From the NCBI GenBank assembly GCA_013239625.1, contig MU054323.1:5507220-5571219 (forward strand): a stretch of 64,000 nt of DNA, read 5' to 3'. This document shows, in pieces, positions 10,976 to 23,340 of this stretch. The notes below the pieces were generated by a model, which saw only the letters and a program-made list of their open reading frames with translations, did not search any database and was not told the DNA's origin. This DNA comes from Lama guanicoe (taxonomy: Eukaryota). The first letter of the stretch is position 1. Every line of letters starts with the position of its first letter. The position numbers were made by a program, and so were the translations under genes.

Positions 10976-13461
10976 ATCCTAGCTGCTGCTTTTCTATGGA
11001 TGCATTGTTCTAAGATGCAGCCACCAACTACAGTTAAAAATGGGTCATAGACGTGTAAATAAGCCGAGGGGTGCTTGTAGGGTGGGGTTTTGCATGGTAG
11101 AATAATAAGAGACTAGAGGGGGAAGAAACCTTAGCCTCTAGTTTTGAGCCCTTGCTTAATCTCAGTTCCTTCTCCTGTCAAATCGGAATCACATCACCTG
11201 CCTTGTGAAGATGAAGCCAGATGAGTTCATGAAAAAGAAAACACATATACACAAACGCACACACCCATGCACACACACTTTTAAAAAAGTAAAAAAAAGA
11301 AGGGCGCTAAACCAGTAAATCAATCACAGTGGGTCCGAGTCTATAGGTTTTCTTAAACTCTTGAAAACAACTCAAACGGTAACATGTAGCAAGCCAAATC
11401 TGAACTCAAGTTCATGTCTTGAGGCTCAAGTCCTTTCCCTGGAGAAGAATAAAGGGCCACCTCACTCCCAAGAAGCCTCCAAACCTGACTGAGAGGAGTT
11501 CATTAACACAGTCACACTCAGCTGGAGGCCCAAATGGCATCCTGGAAAGCATCCGAATCTTTGCTATCTGGTACATGCAGACATTTGCTACGTTCCCCAT
11601 GAGGACTGTAACCGGCAAGGGTACCACTGGGGTGGAGACAATGCAAGAGTGCTCACTGTCACTTCTGTGGTGTGACCAGAGGTCCACGCCTCTGAAATCC
11701 CCACCCAGAGCCCTGCCAACCTCCCAGGACATCCACAGATTGTTTCCAGGAAATTTCTCAAACATTTATCTACCCTAAGAAAAGTGCGGGAAAATACCCA
11801 GATGCTCCTAGGAGAATGTTGACATACTACACTCGAGCCAAATATCTAAGATCAAAGCTACCCTGGAAGGATCACATGGATCGTGTAGAACCACAACAAA
11901 AATGAGCAAGAAGGAATCCTGGGGCAAGAAAGCCAGAGAACGTCCATAGGGCGCTGCCTTGCAGGGAAGATGTGTGGCAGCTAAAACCCAGGAAAGCTGT
12001 CTGACATTGGTGTCATTTTTGGCCTCTGGTCCTACAGGCAGGTCCACTCTCCTTGCAGAGAGAGTAAGCAATATGGCCGATGTTGGGAAATAAGGTGAGA
12101 GAAGAAATCTCCTTTCCCAAGTCCCCATTAGGCACCCGACAAGTGTCATCAGGGCTGGAGCTGGGTCCCTCCAAAACGTCACCTAATGCTTGTCTCTCCA
12201 GCCCTTTCCTTCCTACCTTGCTAACAGGCACTAAAACCATTTACCCTAAAAAGCAATTCTTCACAACTGCTATAAAGGTGGTCGCAAAACAGAATGCAAA
12301 TGTCATAGATAATCCTTCTGATAGAATATACATAACATAAAAAAATTTTAACAATCAATTTAACAATAAGAAATTCACTAAAAGTAACAGTTTATCAGCA
12401 CAAGGCCAGAGCAGCAACAGAGGGTCAAGAGCAGGGAAAATGGGCGGGTGGAGGGGAGACGTAAAAATAAGCATATCTCTTCATCTTAGACAACAGAGTT
12501 AGTAGAGACACTTGGCACTGATAATAAGTGATATATATAAGCCAAAATATTATTTATTGAATGTAACCATTAGTAGAATGTGAAGGGATTTATATTCCAC
12601 AGAAACTGCTAAAAAGGGAATCAGAAAATAGAAGAAAAACAGAGAAGTCACCACCACCACCCCAAAAAAGGAGGCACAAACAAGAGGAAATAGAAAAACA
12701 AGACAGCAGAATTAAGACAAACCATGCTTTCCTAAAAGACAAACCAGAACAAAACACCCACAGCTTTTGATGGTCATGCCCTCTTGTCTCCATCCCAGCT
12801 TCTTCTTCTCTTCGCTGCCTTCGCTTCAGCCACCACGGCCACTGTCTCTCATCAGACCCTGTCATTCCAAACAGTGCCCCACCTTCGAGAGAAACTAAAT
12901 CAATCACCACACACCTCTCTTTACATCTCACCTGCAGAAGGGGAGAGGGCAGATTGGGGAAGGCTTTGGCTTCTTTGGGGTTTTTACTAGGAGAAAATGA
13001 GATTTGTTTAAAAAAGGAAAAAGAAAAAGCCAATGGAAAGAGTTACGAAGGAAGAGGATGGACAAACAGGAACGAAAAGGGAAATCAAGAGTGACAAGTC
13101 CTGAAGATGGCAGTTCTGAAGTTTCGAGGGAGAGACGGGGTCAGGAAAGGGAGGAGCCAGTGGCCTTAGAGTTAATCAAGCCTGCGATTTATCAGCCACA
13201 TACCAAGCTAATGGAATGAGTCCGAAGCAGCACTCAGAGGACAACTGAGACTCAACGCTATTGCTTCCAAAAAGAGTGGACCAGAGAAACTGAGCATCTA
13301 CCTCAAGAGGTCAGAAAAAGGACACAACAATATGAGGAAAGTTTTAAAAGAAAGTAATAGAGATAATATTACAAATTAATACTATTTTAGAAAGACACCT
13401 GCAGAAACAAATAAATAATTTCAAAAGTTGACTTTTTGAAGAAACAAATATATATATAGTA

Positions 13462-13483
13462 TGTGTGTGTGTGTGTGTGTGTG
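13462..13483. repeat. (TG)11 microsatellite
   Basis: Read directly from the sequence. Confidence 0.95.
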
Positions 13484-13754
13484 TATTTGATACAATTAAG
13501 GGGGAAAAGATTAGGAATAAAAATGTGACTTAACCATAAATATGATGTCTACTTTTTTAAAAGGAAATAAGTACTATTTCAACCCTACTAGTATATTTGA
13601 AAATCACTAGGAAAAGGGTTTCTAGAAAAATCTATAAATCTATAAAAATCTATAAATCACCACAACTTATTCATTAAACAAACAAGCCAAGCAATTCAAT
13701 AATCACAGGTAAACCTTAAAGACTTCCAAAGACACACACATACAGATATATGTA

Positions 13755-13776
13755 TGTGTGTGTGTGTGTGTGTGTG
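13755..13776. repeat. (TG)11 microsatellite, part of an inverted repeat
   Basis: Read directly. It is preceded by the complementary ACACACACATACA. Confidence 0.95.
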
Positions 13777-13813
13777 TATATACTACATCCAGGTGAAACT
13801 TTCAGGCTCTACC

Positions 13814-14134
13814 CAAACCCACAATCCCTTACTTACAGTTCTAAAATTCTAAACACAGTTTATTTCCTAAAACATTTCGAAAAGATAAAACCCAACGGGA
13901 ACTCACTTAACAGTAAAATTGGACCTGAATTACATATATATATAAAATTTATTATGCCAGTTATTGTTTTCATGTCATAGTATGAAACAGTAATGCGCTT
14001 TCCTATGCCTTGCTCGGAGTGATGCAGAGTGATATAAGGTATGTATCCTTTTATCACCTTTCTAAAAAGCTGAAGGTTCTGAGTTCTGAAACATATCTGG
14101 TCCCATGGGTTTCAGAACAGGCCCTGTGGGCTTG
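13814..14134 (-). mobile_element. MER46C-like (Tigger/TcMar) DNA transposon
   Basis: Terminal 'cccacaatcccttac' and 'tctgaaacatatctggtcccatgggtttcagaacaggccctgtgggcttg' match the recalled MER46C TIRs. Length is about 320 bp. Confidence 0.7.
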
Positions 14135-14329
14135 TGTAAACTGGTATAGAGCATAGAAAAGAGATGAAAAGTTTCTCAACTATTTTAAGAAGTTTGTTAA
14201 CCCTGATCTAAAATTTGGCAAAAGAGAATTTACTCGAAAAGAAAACTGCAGTCTGATTTCATTTGACTATAGAAGCGAAAGGTTTTATAAATGATATTTT
14301 TTCAACTTGGTAATGAAAAATATGGTCAC

Positions 14330-14708
14330 TGTTAGAAACGGGTATGTTCCCCCCAGATTCATATGTTGAAGTCCTAACCCCCCAAAACCTCAGAAGGCAA
14401 CTGTATTTAGAGATGGGATCTTTAAAGAAGTAATTAAGTTAAAACAAGGTTGAAAGTGTGGGCCCTGATCCAGTATGACTGGTGTCCTTACAAGAAGAGG
14501 AGATCTGGACACAGAGGTACACAGAAGGAAAAGGCCAGGTGAGGACACGGTAAGGAAGTAGCCATCGACAAGCCAAGGAGAGAGGCTTCAGAAGAAACCA
14601 ACCCCACCAGCACCTTGATCTGGGGCTTCTGAGTCTCCAGAACTGGGAGAAAATGCATTTCTGTTGTTGAGGGTGTGGTACTTGTGGCAGCCCTAGCAAA
14701 CCAGCACA
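14330..14708 (+). mobile_element. MLT1B-like MaLR solo LTR with 5-bp TSD
   Basis: TG...CA termini and GTCAC on both sides (14325-14329, 14709-14713). Internal 'attcatatgttgaagtcctaacccc', 'tgactggtgtccttacaagaagagga' and 'gcagccctagcaaac'. Confidence 0.9.
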
Positions 14709-15890
14709 GTCACATCTTTAATATTTAAGTTTAAATAATGGCTAGTACCCATCCCACCATCATAAACATATTCCTTTTCCTTCTCTCTGGGTACCACTTT
14801 CATGAAAATTCCAAGAACCTCAGGGACACTTACTCTGTGCAAACAGTCCTGGTTACGAGCTTTATAGAAAAAAAGCTAGAAAACCTGACCAGTCCACCAG
14901 AGGACCAACTGTGTTGCTACTGTTATTCTTGGACCACACAGACACGGTACTTGTTGAAAGCACATGACCCAGAAACAGGGATCATCCTTGTCCATGGATC
15001 AAAGCTTATCAGTGGTCCAGACACCAGCACCAGATGGTCCATGCTCCTGGGCCACTGTCACAAGCATGGGGGTTCTTGAGGCATACACCACCCAGGCTAG
15101 TCCTGAGGAAGTTCTCAGGATGCAGAGAAGGGAGGGGACGTGGCTCTCCCCCAGTATCATGCTTGCATATGGTGGTTCCGCGTCGCTCAGTGTCTGAGCT
15201 CCCAGTGCTGCCATTTCCTTACATAGCACCTTCCTTACACACAGGGCCATTTCCCCAAAGGCACTGCACTGTGCCCAGGTGCCTGAGTCTAGGAGGCTCC
15301 AGGCTCAGCCACACACTCTGTCTGACCTGACATCCTGCCCCACATGCTCAGCCTCTTGGCTCTTAGGAGAAAAAGCAGTCCTTCTCGCTCGCACTCAGTC
15401 CAAAGCCTGCTTCTGCCTGTCTGGCATTATTCATCATACTATTTTCAGGGGGGAAATCTCACCTTGTGAGATGAAGTGTAACCTGGTGAAATGAAACAAA
15501 AGCAAATCAACTCCAGCCAGGTAAAAAGAGGTGTGCTCCATAAATGAGTAAAGATTATCTCAGGAAGGCAAAGATAGTGACATGTTAGGAGAAATCTTAA
15601 AACATCGTATCACGAAGTCAAAGGAGAAAAAATGGACACATCTTAAAAGATGGGGAGGTGACTTCAATAGCATTTCAAATTTATAACACTAACCACCATA
15701 ACAAAAATATTTCAGTAAACTAGGAATGGAAGAGTGCATCTTGATATAAGAAAAAAAAATTTAAACTGTCCCAAGCCAAACGCCAATAATGGCTAGTGGA
15801 AAATAAATGGTGTTCCCACTTACAGAAAATCATAAGACAAGGCTCCTTGCAATCATGGTCATTGTTTACAGCATTCTAGAAGTTCTAGAC

Positions 15891-16428
15891 CTGTGCAGCC
15901 CAAAATGACAGCCCCTATCCACGTGCGGCTGCTGAGCACCTGAAATGAGGCTCATCTGATCTGAGATGTGCTATCAGCATAAAATACACACTAGATTTTT
16001 AACACTCAATACTTTTTCAAAAGAAAGTAAAATTTGCAAATGATAATCACTATACATGAAAGTAGATAAAAAATAAATTTCTTCTGTATAGCATAGGCAA
16101 CTATACTCAATATCTTGTAATAACCTTTAATGAAAAAGAATATGAAAATGACTGTATGTATGTGTAGGTATGACTGAAACATTATGCTGTACACCAGAAA
16201 TTGACACATTGTAACTGACTATACTTCAATTTAAAAAAAAGAGTAAAATTTCTAATTCTTCATTTTTATATCAATTTAAGTTGAAATTATATTTTGGGTA
16301 TACTGGGTTAAATAAAAAATATATTATTGAATTACTTTCATGTCTCTTTTAACTTTCTATTACCATAGCTACTAGAATATTTTAAATTACATATATGAAT
16401 GGCATTATCTTTCTATTGGACAGTGTTC
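15891..16428 (-). mobile_element. MER33 (hAT-Charlie) MITE, interrupted by L1, with 8-bp TSD
   Basis: 'ctgagcacctgaaatg...ctgagatgtgct...aaaatacacactagattt' and 'gctactagaatattttaaattacatat...tttctattggacagtg'. Flanked by TTCTAGAC at 15883-15890 and 16429-16436. Confidence 0.85.
16036..16241 (+). mobile_element. Young 5'-truncated L1 3' end (camelid/cetartiodactyl type) with poly(A)
   Basis: 'ctgtatagcataggcaactatactcaatatcttgtaataacc...tgctgtacaccagaaattgacacattgtaactgactatacttcaatttaaaaaaaa'. AGTAAAATTT is repeated at 16026-16035 and 16242-16251. Confidence 0.85.
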
Positions 16429-17779
16429 TTCTAGACAGTAGAATAAGGCAAAAGGAAAGAAAAAAAAATCTTCAGCCACAAGAAATAAGAAAGTGCAATT
16501 ATTACTGGTTGAGGATTAGATGACTGTTTAGATGAGAAACTATTCGATATTTTTAAAAATAATTATTTAGAAGTTAATGACTGTTTTCTATGCCAGCATT
16601 AGACAGAGAATACAATGGAAAAATAAATTTCAAATGTCCACAAAATACATAATGTACTCAAGAATAAATTGTACATAAAATATAAGACTTTTTATAAGTA
16701 AATAGTTTAAAATGGCTTTTGTTTCACCTTCGACCACAGTTTAGGGAAGAACCAGAGATGTTCTCTGAGAACACTGGTCTTTGTGGATGTCTCTTTCACC
16801 ACAGACTGAGCAAGTCGCTGTACTCACCAGACTGACAGTCTGCAGTGGACGCAGAGGACCAAATACCCACGTCCATCCAGTATGGTAGGACGCACAGCAC
16901 ACAAGCTGAGCAAAGACCTTGCTTCTGGCTCCATCTCATGTTTCCTCTCCTGACATTTCTTTGCATCGTCATCCAAGCACCGCACTGTAAAGCATGACAC
17001 ACATACATCAGTTAGAATTACACACTGACTCCGTGGCTTGTTTCTTCTCTTACTCCTTTAGCTTTCTTACGTCAGGCTGGCCCTTCTCCTTCTCTCAGAT
17101 GACATTTCTCAGTCATCTAGTATTGCTTTTTCAAGGACAAGCACAGTTTGTTTCTGGCGCTCTACCTTTTCATCTGAACAGACACCTCCTTTTCATTAGA
17201 GGTGTTGGAAAATGCAGCTCTTAGGACTCTTAATTTTGACAAACATGGTAAAGACTTAACCTGTGAGCTGTCAAGGGTAGTTGCATCTACACCGAGGCTT
17301 AGTAAGGATGTAAACAAACCTTTTGGTAACTTTGTTAGGATGTTAATTTTGATGTCATTTAATGCAGGAGGAAATTCGTATACAGTTTCTCTGAATCTTT
17401 AATAAGTTAAGTTTAATAGACTGGGAAGGCAAGGCAGGGAGTCACGTATCCTTGGCAGAAGTCCACCTCGTCCCTCCACTGTTTGGAGCAAATCTGAGAG
17501 AAATCCTGAGAGCCTCCAAGACCCAAGACCTGTGTGGTTTTTCTTGTCTATTTTCCAGGCCTGGAGCTTGGGACTTCCTTACCTCCCAAATGAAAGACTC
17601 CCTTCGGCCCTGGAGACAAGGACAACAGCCCCCAGAAGCCCAGGGGACATTTACAAAGGCCCAGGAATTACAGGGCCTTGCAGTGTCTCTCTACTCCAGA
17701 TGTGGACTCAGGAATCTGATCTGAGGGCCGTCCTAGGGAACTACTGGCTGCGGAAAGCGGGGAGGACAGGAGGATCTAG

Positions 17780-17975
17780 GCTCACAGGGGAGGTGTGCCA
17801 TTTCTTAAGGCGAAAAAAAAAAAAGAAAAAGCATGGAGAAGTGGCAAATGTGGAGGACAACGAGTTGCACTTGGGACATTTTTATTCCAAGGTGGAACTA
17901 CCAAATGAAGACACATTAGTAGGCATTAAGATCTGGAATTCAGGAAGGATATTGGCCTGTAGACCCAGATGTTAA
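17780..17975 (-). mobile_element. L2 fragment
   Basis: 'gtgccatttcttaagg...gagttgcacttgggacat...atctggaattcaggaagga' resembles antisense L2. Confidence 0.55.
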
Positions 17976-18144
17976 CCATAATGAACCTAAGTCCAGTGGT
18001 GTTTGTTACTTCTCTCCAATAAGTCACACGGCTTTTCATTTTCAAGAGCGTACAGAGGACATGTTTCAGATGACATACAGGAGATTTTAGAGTAACAGCG
18101 CTGAACCTCTCTGACAATGCAGGCAGCCAAGAACTCCTGACTGT

Positions 18145-18702
18145 TGTGTGTCTGTTTTCAACAGCTGCATAACAAATTATCACAAACTCAGCGACTTTAA
18201 ACAATACACGTTTATTATCTTACAGTTTCTGTGGGCCAGGAGTCTGGATGTGACTTAGCCGGGTCCTCTGCTCAGGGACTCAGAAGGCTACAAATGAGGC
18301 TTTAGCCAGGCTGTTTTCTCACCTGGAAGCTTGACTGGGGAAGAACCTGATTCCGAGCTCACTCAGGAAATTGGAAGAATTTATTTCCTTGTGGCCATAG
18401 GACCAAGGGCCCCAGCTTTTTGCTGGCTAATGGTTGGAGGCTGCCCTCAGCACCTAGAGGTCACCTGCTATTCAGAGAGGCCCACATGGACTTTCCCAAC
18501 ATGGCCACTTACTTCATCAAAACAGTGAACAAATTTGAACAAAGTCTCATATAATGCAATGTCATCACAGAAGTGGCACCACCCCTTTTGCCATATTCAG
18601 TTGGTCAGGTTTCACCCACAGTCAAGAGGAAGGTACCATACAGGACATGAGCAGGAGTTAGGGACCGTGTAGGGCCAGTAACCTCAGAGTCTGTCCGCCA
18701 CA
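18145..18702 (-). mobile_element. MLT1E/F-like MaLR solo LTR
   Basis: 'gctgcataacaaattatcacaaactcagcgactttaaacaa...tttattatcttacagtttctgtgggccaggagtctgg', 'aacatggccacttacttcatcaa', ending in 'tctgtccgccaca'. Confidence 0.85.
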
Positions 18703-18969
18703 TGCTGTGTGGATGGGAGAGACATGGAAACAGAGTTGAAAAGCCATCTGCAAGCAGCAAGCATGTAGCAGTGTGGGGCACAAGAACATTCACCACACAT
18801 TCTGCCATGGCAAGCAGGATAAAAGGCGCAAAAGACAGCAAATTTTGGCAGTGTGATGAGGAAAGTAAGTCTGCCAACTGCACATATTAACCACTTACTA
18901 AATAAGTTCATTGGCATAATTCTGTTATGAGGGTCTCTCTCCTATACTTTAGAAGTGTTGGGGGTGAGA

Positions 18970-19100
18970 CAGGGCGGAGGAGGGGAGAGCAATAAATCTA
19001 GCCTTACGATGACCCTCAAATTGTGTCACCTGGGCTACTCGCGGGAGACTTGATTGGCATCGGGGTCTGAATGTTGAGTGCGCACAGTGATTGGTCAAAG
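18970..19100. promoter_or_regulatory. Candidate TATA-less promoter (GC box, E2F-like site, two reverse CCAAT boxes)
   Basis: GGGCGGAG 18972-18979, TCGCGGGA about 19039-19046, TGATTGG 19051-19057 and 19088-19094, and GTGCGCAC between the CCAAT boxes. Motif evidence only. Confidence 0.35.
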
Positions 19101-21695
19101 AATATTTTGGTTGATGTATTTCCCCACTTTCCCACTAGGAAGAATGGAGTCGATGAGACTCTAGAAAGAGGAAAGAGTTGAAAACTTCCATAATTCGATA
19201 ATCAAAACCCATGTGAATTATCAGATACATGCCAGGTGCGAAAAATGGGATCACAGATAACCAATTCATCGACAGCCTCCACAGAAAGATGTCTAAGGGC
19301 TGCACACACGAAGTGCTGGCCTGGGTCGTTCCTCCTGCGCCCTCCCATCCCAGCGCCTCCCCTGGAAGAGCTGGCAGAGATTCTCCAAAGCTGTCAACAC
19401 GAGGAGGGTACGCAGTTTCATCTCGGTCTTTTCACCAGAAGCACACCCATGACACTGCCATCTGCTCAGCAATACGGCATTCCAGGCACCAGGGACCCTG
19501 TTCGGGATGGGAAACTGGGTACAGGGCCATTTCCTCTTGACACCTCAGAACTCATCTCCCCTCTACAACAGTAAGGACAGACAAGCCGATCTATCAGGGA
19601 CCCAGCGAGCATGGCTGCAAATACTTGTTCTCAGTCATTCTGAGACTCCAAGTGCATTAGGGAGTAACTGAACCCAGTCTGCTTGAGCAACTGCTTCTGC
19701 AAAACCCAATTCCATGAGGCTGTTAATGGTGAGAAGAGACTTCCGCGTCATCAGAAACCAGCAGAGGACGTGCCGATTTCTGCTCGTCGGAGGAAACATG
19801 CACGTTGGGAAGTATGGTTCTCCCAACAGGGCAGATGGGCAGATTCCCCACCCTCCCCTCCCTTCCCTACCCAGTCACAGACAAAGGGGACAGAGAAAAC
19901 ACTCGAGCCAGCCAGGTTAGGAGAGGTGACACATGGAGGAGAGATGGATAAGATACCATCTCTGGCTTTGAAGGTGTGCCCTTTGGATGCCCCCCGTCCC
20001 TTTGTTTGTTTGTTTGTCTTCTGAATGCAGGGGTGTTTGGGGCAGCCTGATGCCGTTTTGCCAAAAGGAAACTAGGGGATTTCTGAAAAGACAGCCCAAG
20101 GTCTAAATGCTAGCTTCTCCACTGATCCTCTGCCCACCTTTCAACAGAACAGTTTAATCCCTTTAAATCTGTTTCCTCATCTTCTTAGAAGGGAACATTT
20201 AAAAGGTGCTTAATCTCCCTGAGTTATTGCAACGGGAGCGGGTTGAGACTCGTCGCAGCATAGAAGCATCCTACACTGTGGAACTGCAGAGCCGAAGCCA
20301 GCCTTCGGTCCATCACACCCATTTTAACACTCTGCATGCCTGGAAACTAAAACCCGTGGTGGGAAAGGGACTTGGCCAAGTTCTCCCTGCCACAAAGATT
20401 CCGTGTTGGGTACTGCCTCCTGCCTGTATCTGCTAGACATACAGGGGAGAGTTGAAAAATAAAACTTCTCCGCCTTGCCAGGGGCTGAGAGTCTCACTGT
20501 GGGAACTGAAGAGGGTGGAGCTTAGGGCAGGGGCAGGACTGGCCGGTGGCGAGCATCACAGAAACTCTGACAGGCGACACCCCTACCTCAGCCAATGACA
20601 GCTCCAATCTGACCTGCAGTGACCCTGGGTCTGCATGACTCCAGCTGCCCCCTGCTGCCGGGCATCTGAGTGGCCCATCATCCCAGCCTCTCAGACCCCA
20701 GCCACCCCTTCTGAAGGAAAGTGATGGCGGCAGAGCTGATGGAGCAGCGGTTTCAGCAGCTCCCCTGCAAATGGGCAGGTCTGCATCTCCGCACTGGGGC
20801 AGCCCCCTCTCCCTGCTCCAGGAAGCTCCGTGGACATATTTGTTTACTCCATTTGCCAGGATGTAGTTTGCATAATATTGAATCTGGAAAGGACACTGCA
20901 TCCACTGACAGGAGTTTTCCCAGCTGGAAGAAGAGAAAGGAAGGAAAGAAAGAAACCAGCTTTACATTTCTTCCATTTTGGAGTAAAAATAAACACGCTC
21001 ACACCATGTGTCAGGCTCTCCGATGGATGGTTCTCGGGCTGGGGAAGGCCATGTCTGTGGTCAGGCCATGCTCCCAGATCCAAAGCATTGTTGGCCGGCT
21101 CTTTTGTAAACACTGTTGGCAGCTCCAGGGATGGCTCTTTTGGTAAAAAAGATGTGCTGGAACGAAACGTGGGCCTCCAGCCAAGACACATTTCTTCCTA
21201 TAAAACAGAAAAAAATGCACGTGTCATGATACAAGAAGCCAAGCCTCTTCAAGAGTGGAGGCGTCCTCCTTCTCAGCATCCCAGGAGGATGAGGGGAACA
21301 AGGCTGAGCCGGGCTTTGACCTGAGATGCCTGGGAGGGAGCAAAGAGCTGAGGGTGCACACCAGCCCCCACGGCCCCGGCCAGGCTTTCCATCAGGTGCC
21401 GTCTGCCAGCTTGCTTATAGCCTCAGGTTGGTCGAAATGCCTAGCTCAGACGCAAGGTATAATGAGCCCCTTCCAAATTCGTAAAAGCAAAGATGCAAAG
21501 CACACAGTCAGGGGAAGGGGAAAGAAGCCCAGGAGGGGTGTTCACAGACCTTGGGCAGCCACGCTCCTGGATACTTTCTTCTCACTCACACCCCTCCCAT
21601 CACAGACCCCTCTAGCCTTCGTGGGAGGCGCCAGGGAGCTGCACAGAAACACTGCTTGTCCAAACATCATTCCACACCTGTCATGATCCCCCAGG

Positions 21696-21812
21696 CCCTC
21701 CTACTCAGAGTGGTGTCCTCAGGGCACATCAGCCTCACAGGAGGTTGGTTAGAGATGCAGAATCATGATGCCCAGATGTTTCACAGGCACAATGGAAGTT
21801 TGAGAGGCACTG
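21696..21812 (+). mobile_element. MER5-family MITE fragment
   Basis: 'ctactcagagtggtgtcc...catcagcctcacaggaggttggttagagatgcagaatc...aagtttgagaggcactg'. Confidence 0.65.
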
Positions 21813-23340
21813 CCTGGGGGCTTCCTGGAGCATCCCCAAAATTGGACACACATGCCTCCTTCAAGGTCCTGTCAGCCGAGAAGGATGGACAGTTGATAAA
21901 TTATGAGGTGATAAATTCTCCTCCCCCTCACAGCACCCCCAGGTCACAGCCTGGGTTTGGGTAAAAGGCTCTTTGAACTCTAGATCCCACTGCTCCCAGG
22001 ACTCCAGCTATCCCAGCGGTGGGGAGGGGCATCTGCTCACACTCTCCCCCCACCTTCCTGGGAGAGGGAAAAACATAGAGCTTAATTTCAGGATGATTTA
22101 AGACATAAAATGAGAGTAGATAATCAGATCTGGGATTCTTCATTGTGATTTTTCATCCTTTAGCCAGAGTTTGGCTTGACCTGCTGTAGGGACAAAGGAG
22201 TCAAGTCCCATACAGCCTGAAATGGAAGGTAGTTGTGTCACACTGCAGGAGCACTGGCCCAGCATGGAGCCCGATTCTGTCTCATCACTTGGCTCTTCCA
22301 ATGCTGTTGCTCTTGTCTGGTCACTGAATCTGGAGAATTTATGAGCTCATTCCCGGGCAATTCACCAAGCTCTGCAGATGACTCAACACCAAACTCCCAT
22401 CGGGAGCAAAGTCGTCCTGCTCACCAGCAAGGCTCGCAAACCCGGATCCTCCCTGAACATCTAACACGATGGCAACACAGCCACCCAGTTCCCCATGATA
22501 ACTAAATACAATCACATACCCACAGAGCTTCTTCGGGAGAAGCTGCGGCTACGTCTCCCTCCTGGTTTTGGCCCCCAGGACCTGCAGCATAAATACTGCG
22601 AGATTCTCACCTCGTACGATGGGTTTAGCACCTGGAAATGCTTGTTCTGCCACGGTAGCCGGTGCTCAGTGCTCACACCTTGTAGGAACGACGGGAACAG
22701 AACTGTATTTACTTCTAACCTGCTATGGCTGTGTGCTGTAGAGCGTTTCTGTTTGGCATCACACACATAGATAACACACTGCGGTTCTGTCCCATGACAT
22801 CCAGTTGTCATCCGTCATGCCTGAAAACGAAAGCCCAGGCAGAGAAGGGGACTTGGCCAACTTCACCGTCCAAGTTTTGTTTTGATTTTAAGGGCTGCAG
22901 CAGTCAGAGGGCTGCAGCTATTTAAAAATGTTTTTCAGATTAAAATTACCATAGCAGATTACATTGTAAGAAACGGTGTGGCTTTGATTACCATGTTTTT
23001 TGGTGTGTTAAGGCAGACCCAGGATGACTTTCTGAGGAGAATCTTGGCCTTACCCACAGGTGCCTCCTGGCTTCTCTCCAAAAGAAGATACAAGAGCTTT
23101 CTGTTCAGGCAGGAGCTCTTGTACGGTGACACAATTTTGACAAGAGTGTGTTAATCTTAGTCCCACCTTGGGCGACTATTAAAACACAAGGTTTTACACC
23201 GACCCACTTCCCCGCAACAGAGAATATTTGCACTCTCAGTAGTTGTCAGGGAATGTAACCTTGAACTCAGTGTCACTCAGACCTTTCAGTTCCTCTTGGT
23301 TGAGAGGAATTGTGTTTAGAGAGTATTTCCCAAAGGGCAC

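Larger units (their letters stand above)
13270..16710 (+). mobile_element. Old L1 ORF2 remnant, fragmented (about 13270-13810, 14138-14300, 15520-15890, 16437-16710)
   Basis: Segments are collinear with L1 ORF2: 'ctacctcaagaggtcagaaaaag', 'caaaagttgactttttgaag', 'aaccctgatctaaaatttggcaaag...gaaaagaaaactgcag', 'cagtaaactaggaatggaagag', 'ttctagaagttctagac...agaataaggcaaaaggaaag'. No intact frame. Confidence 0.7.
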
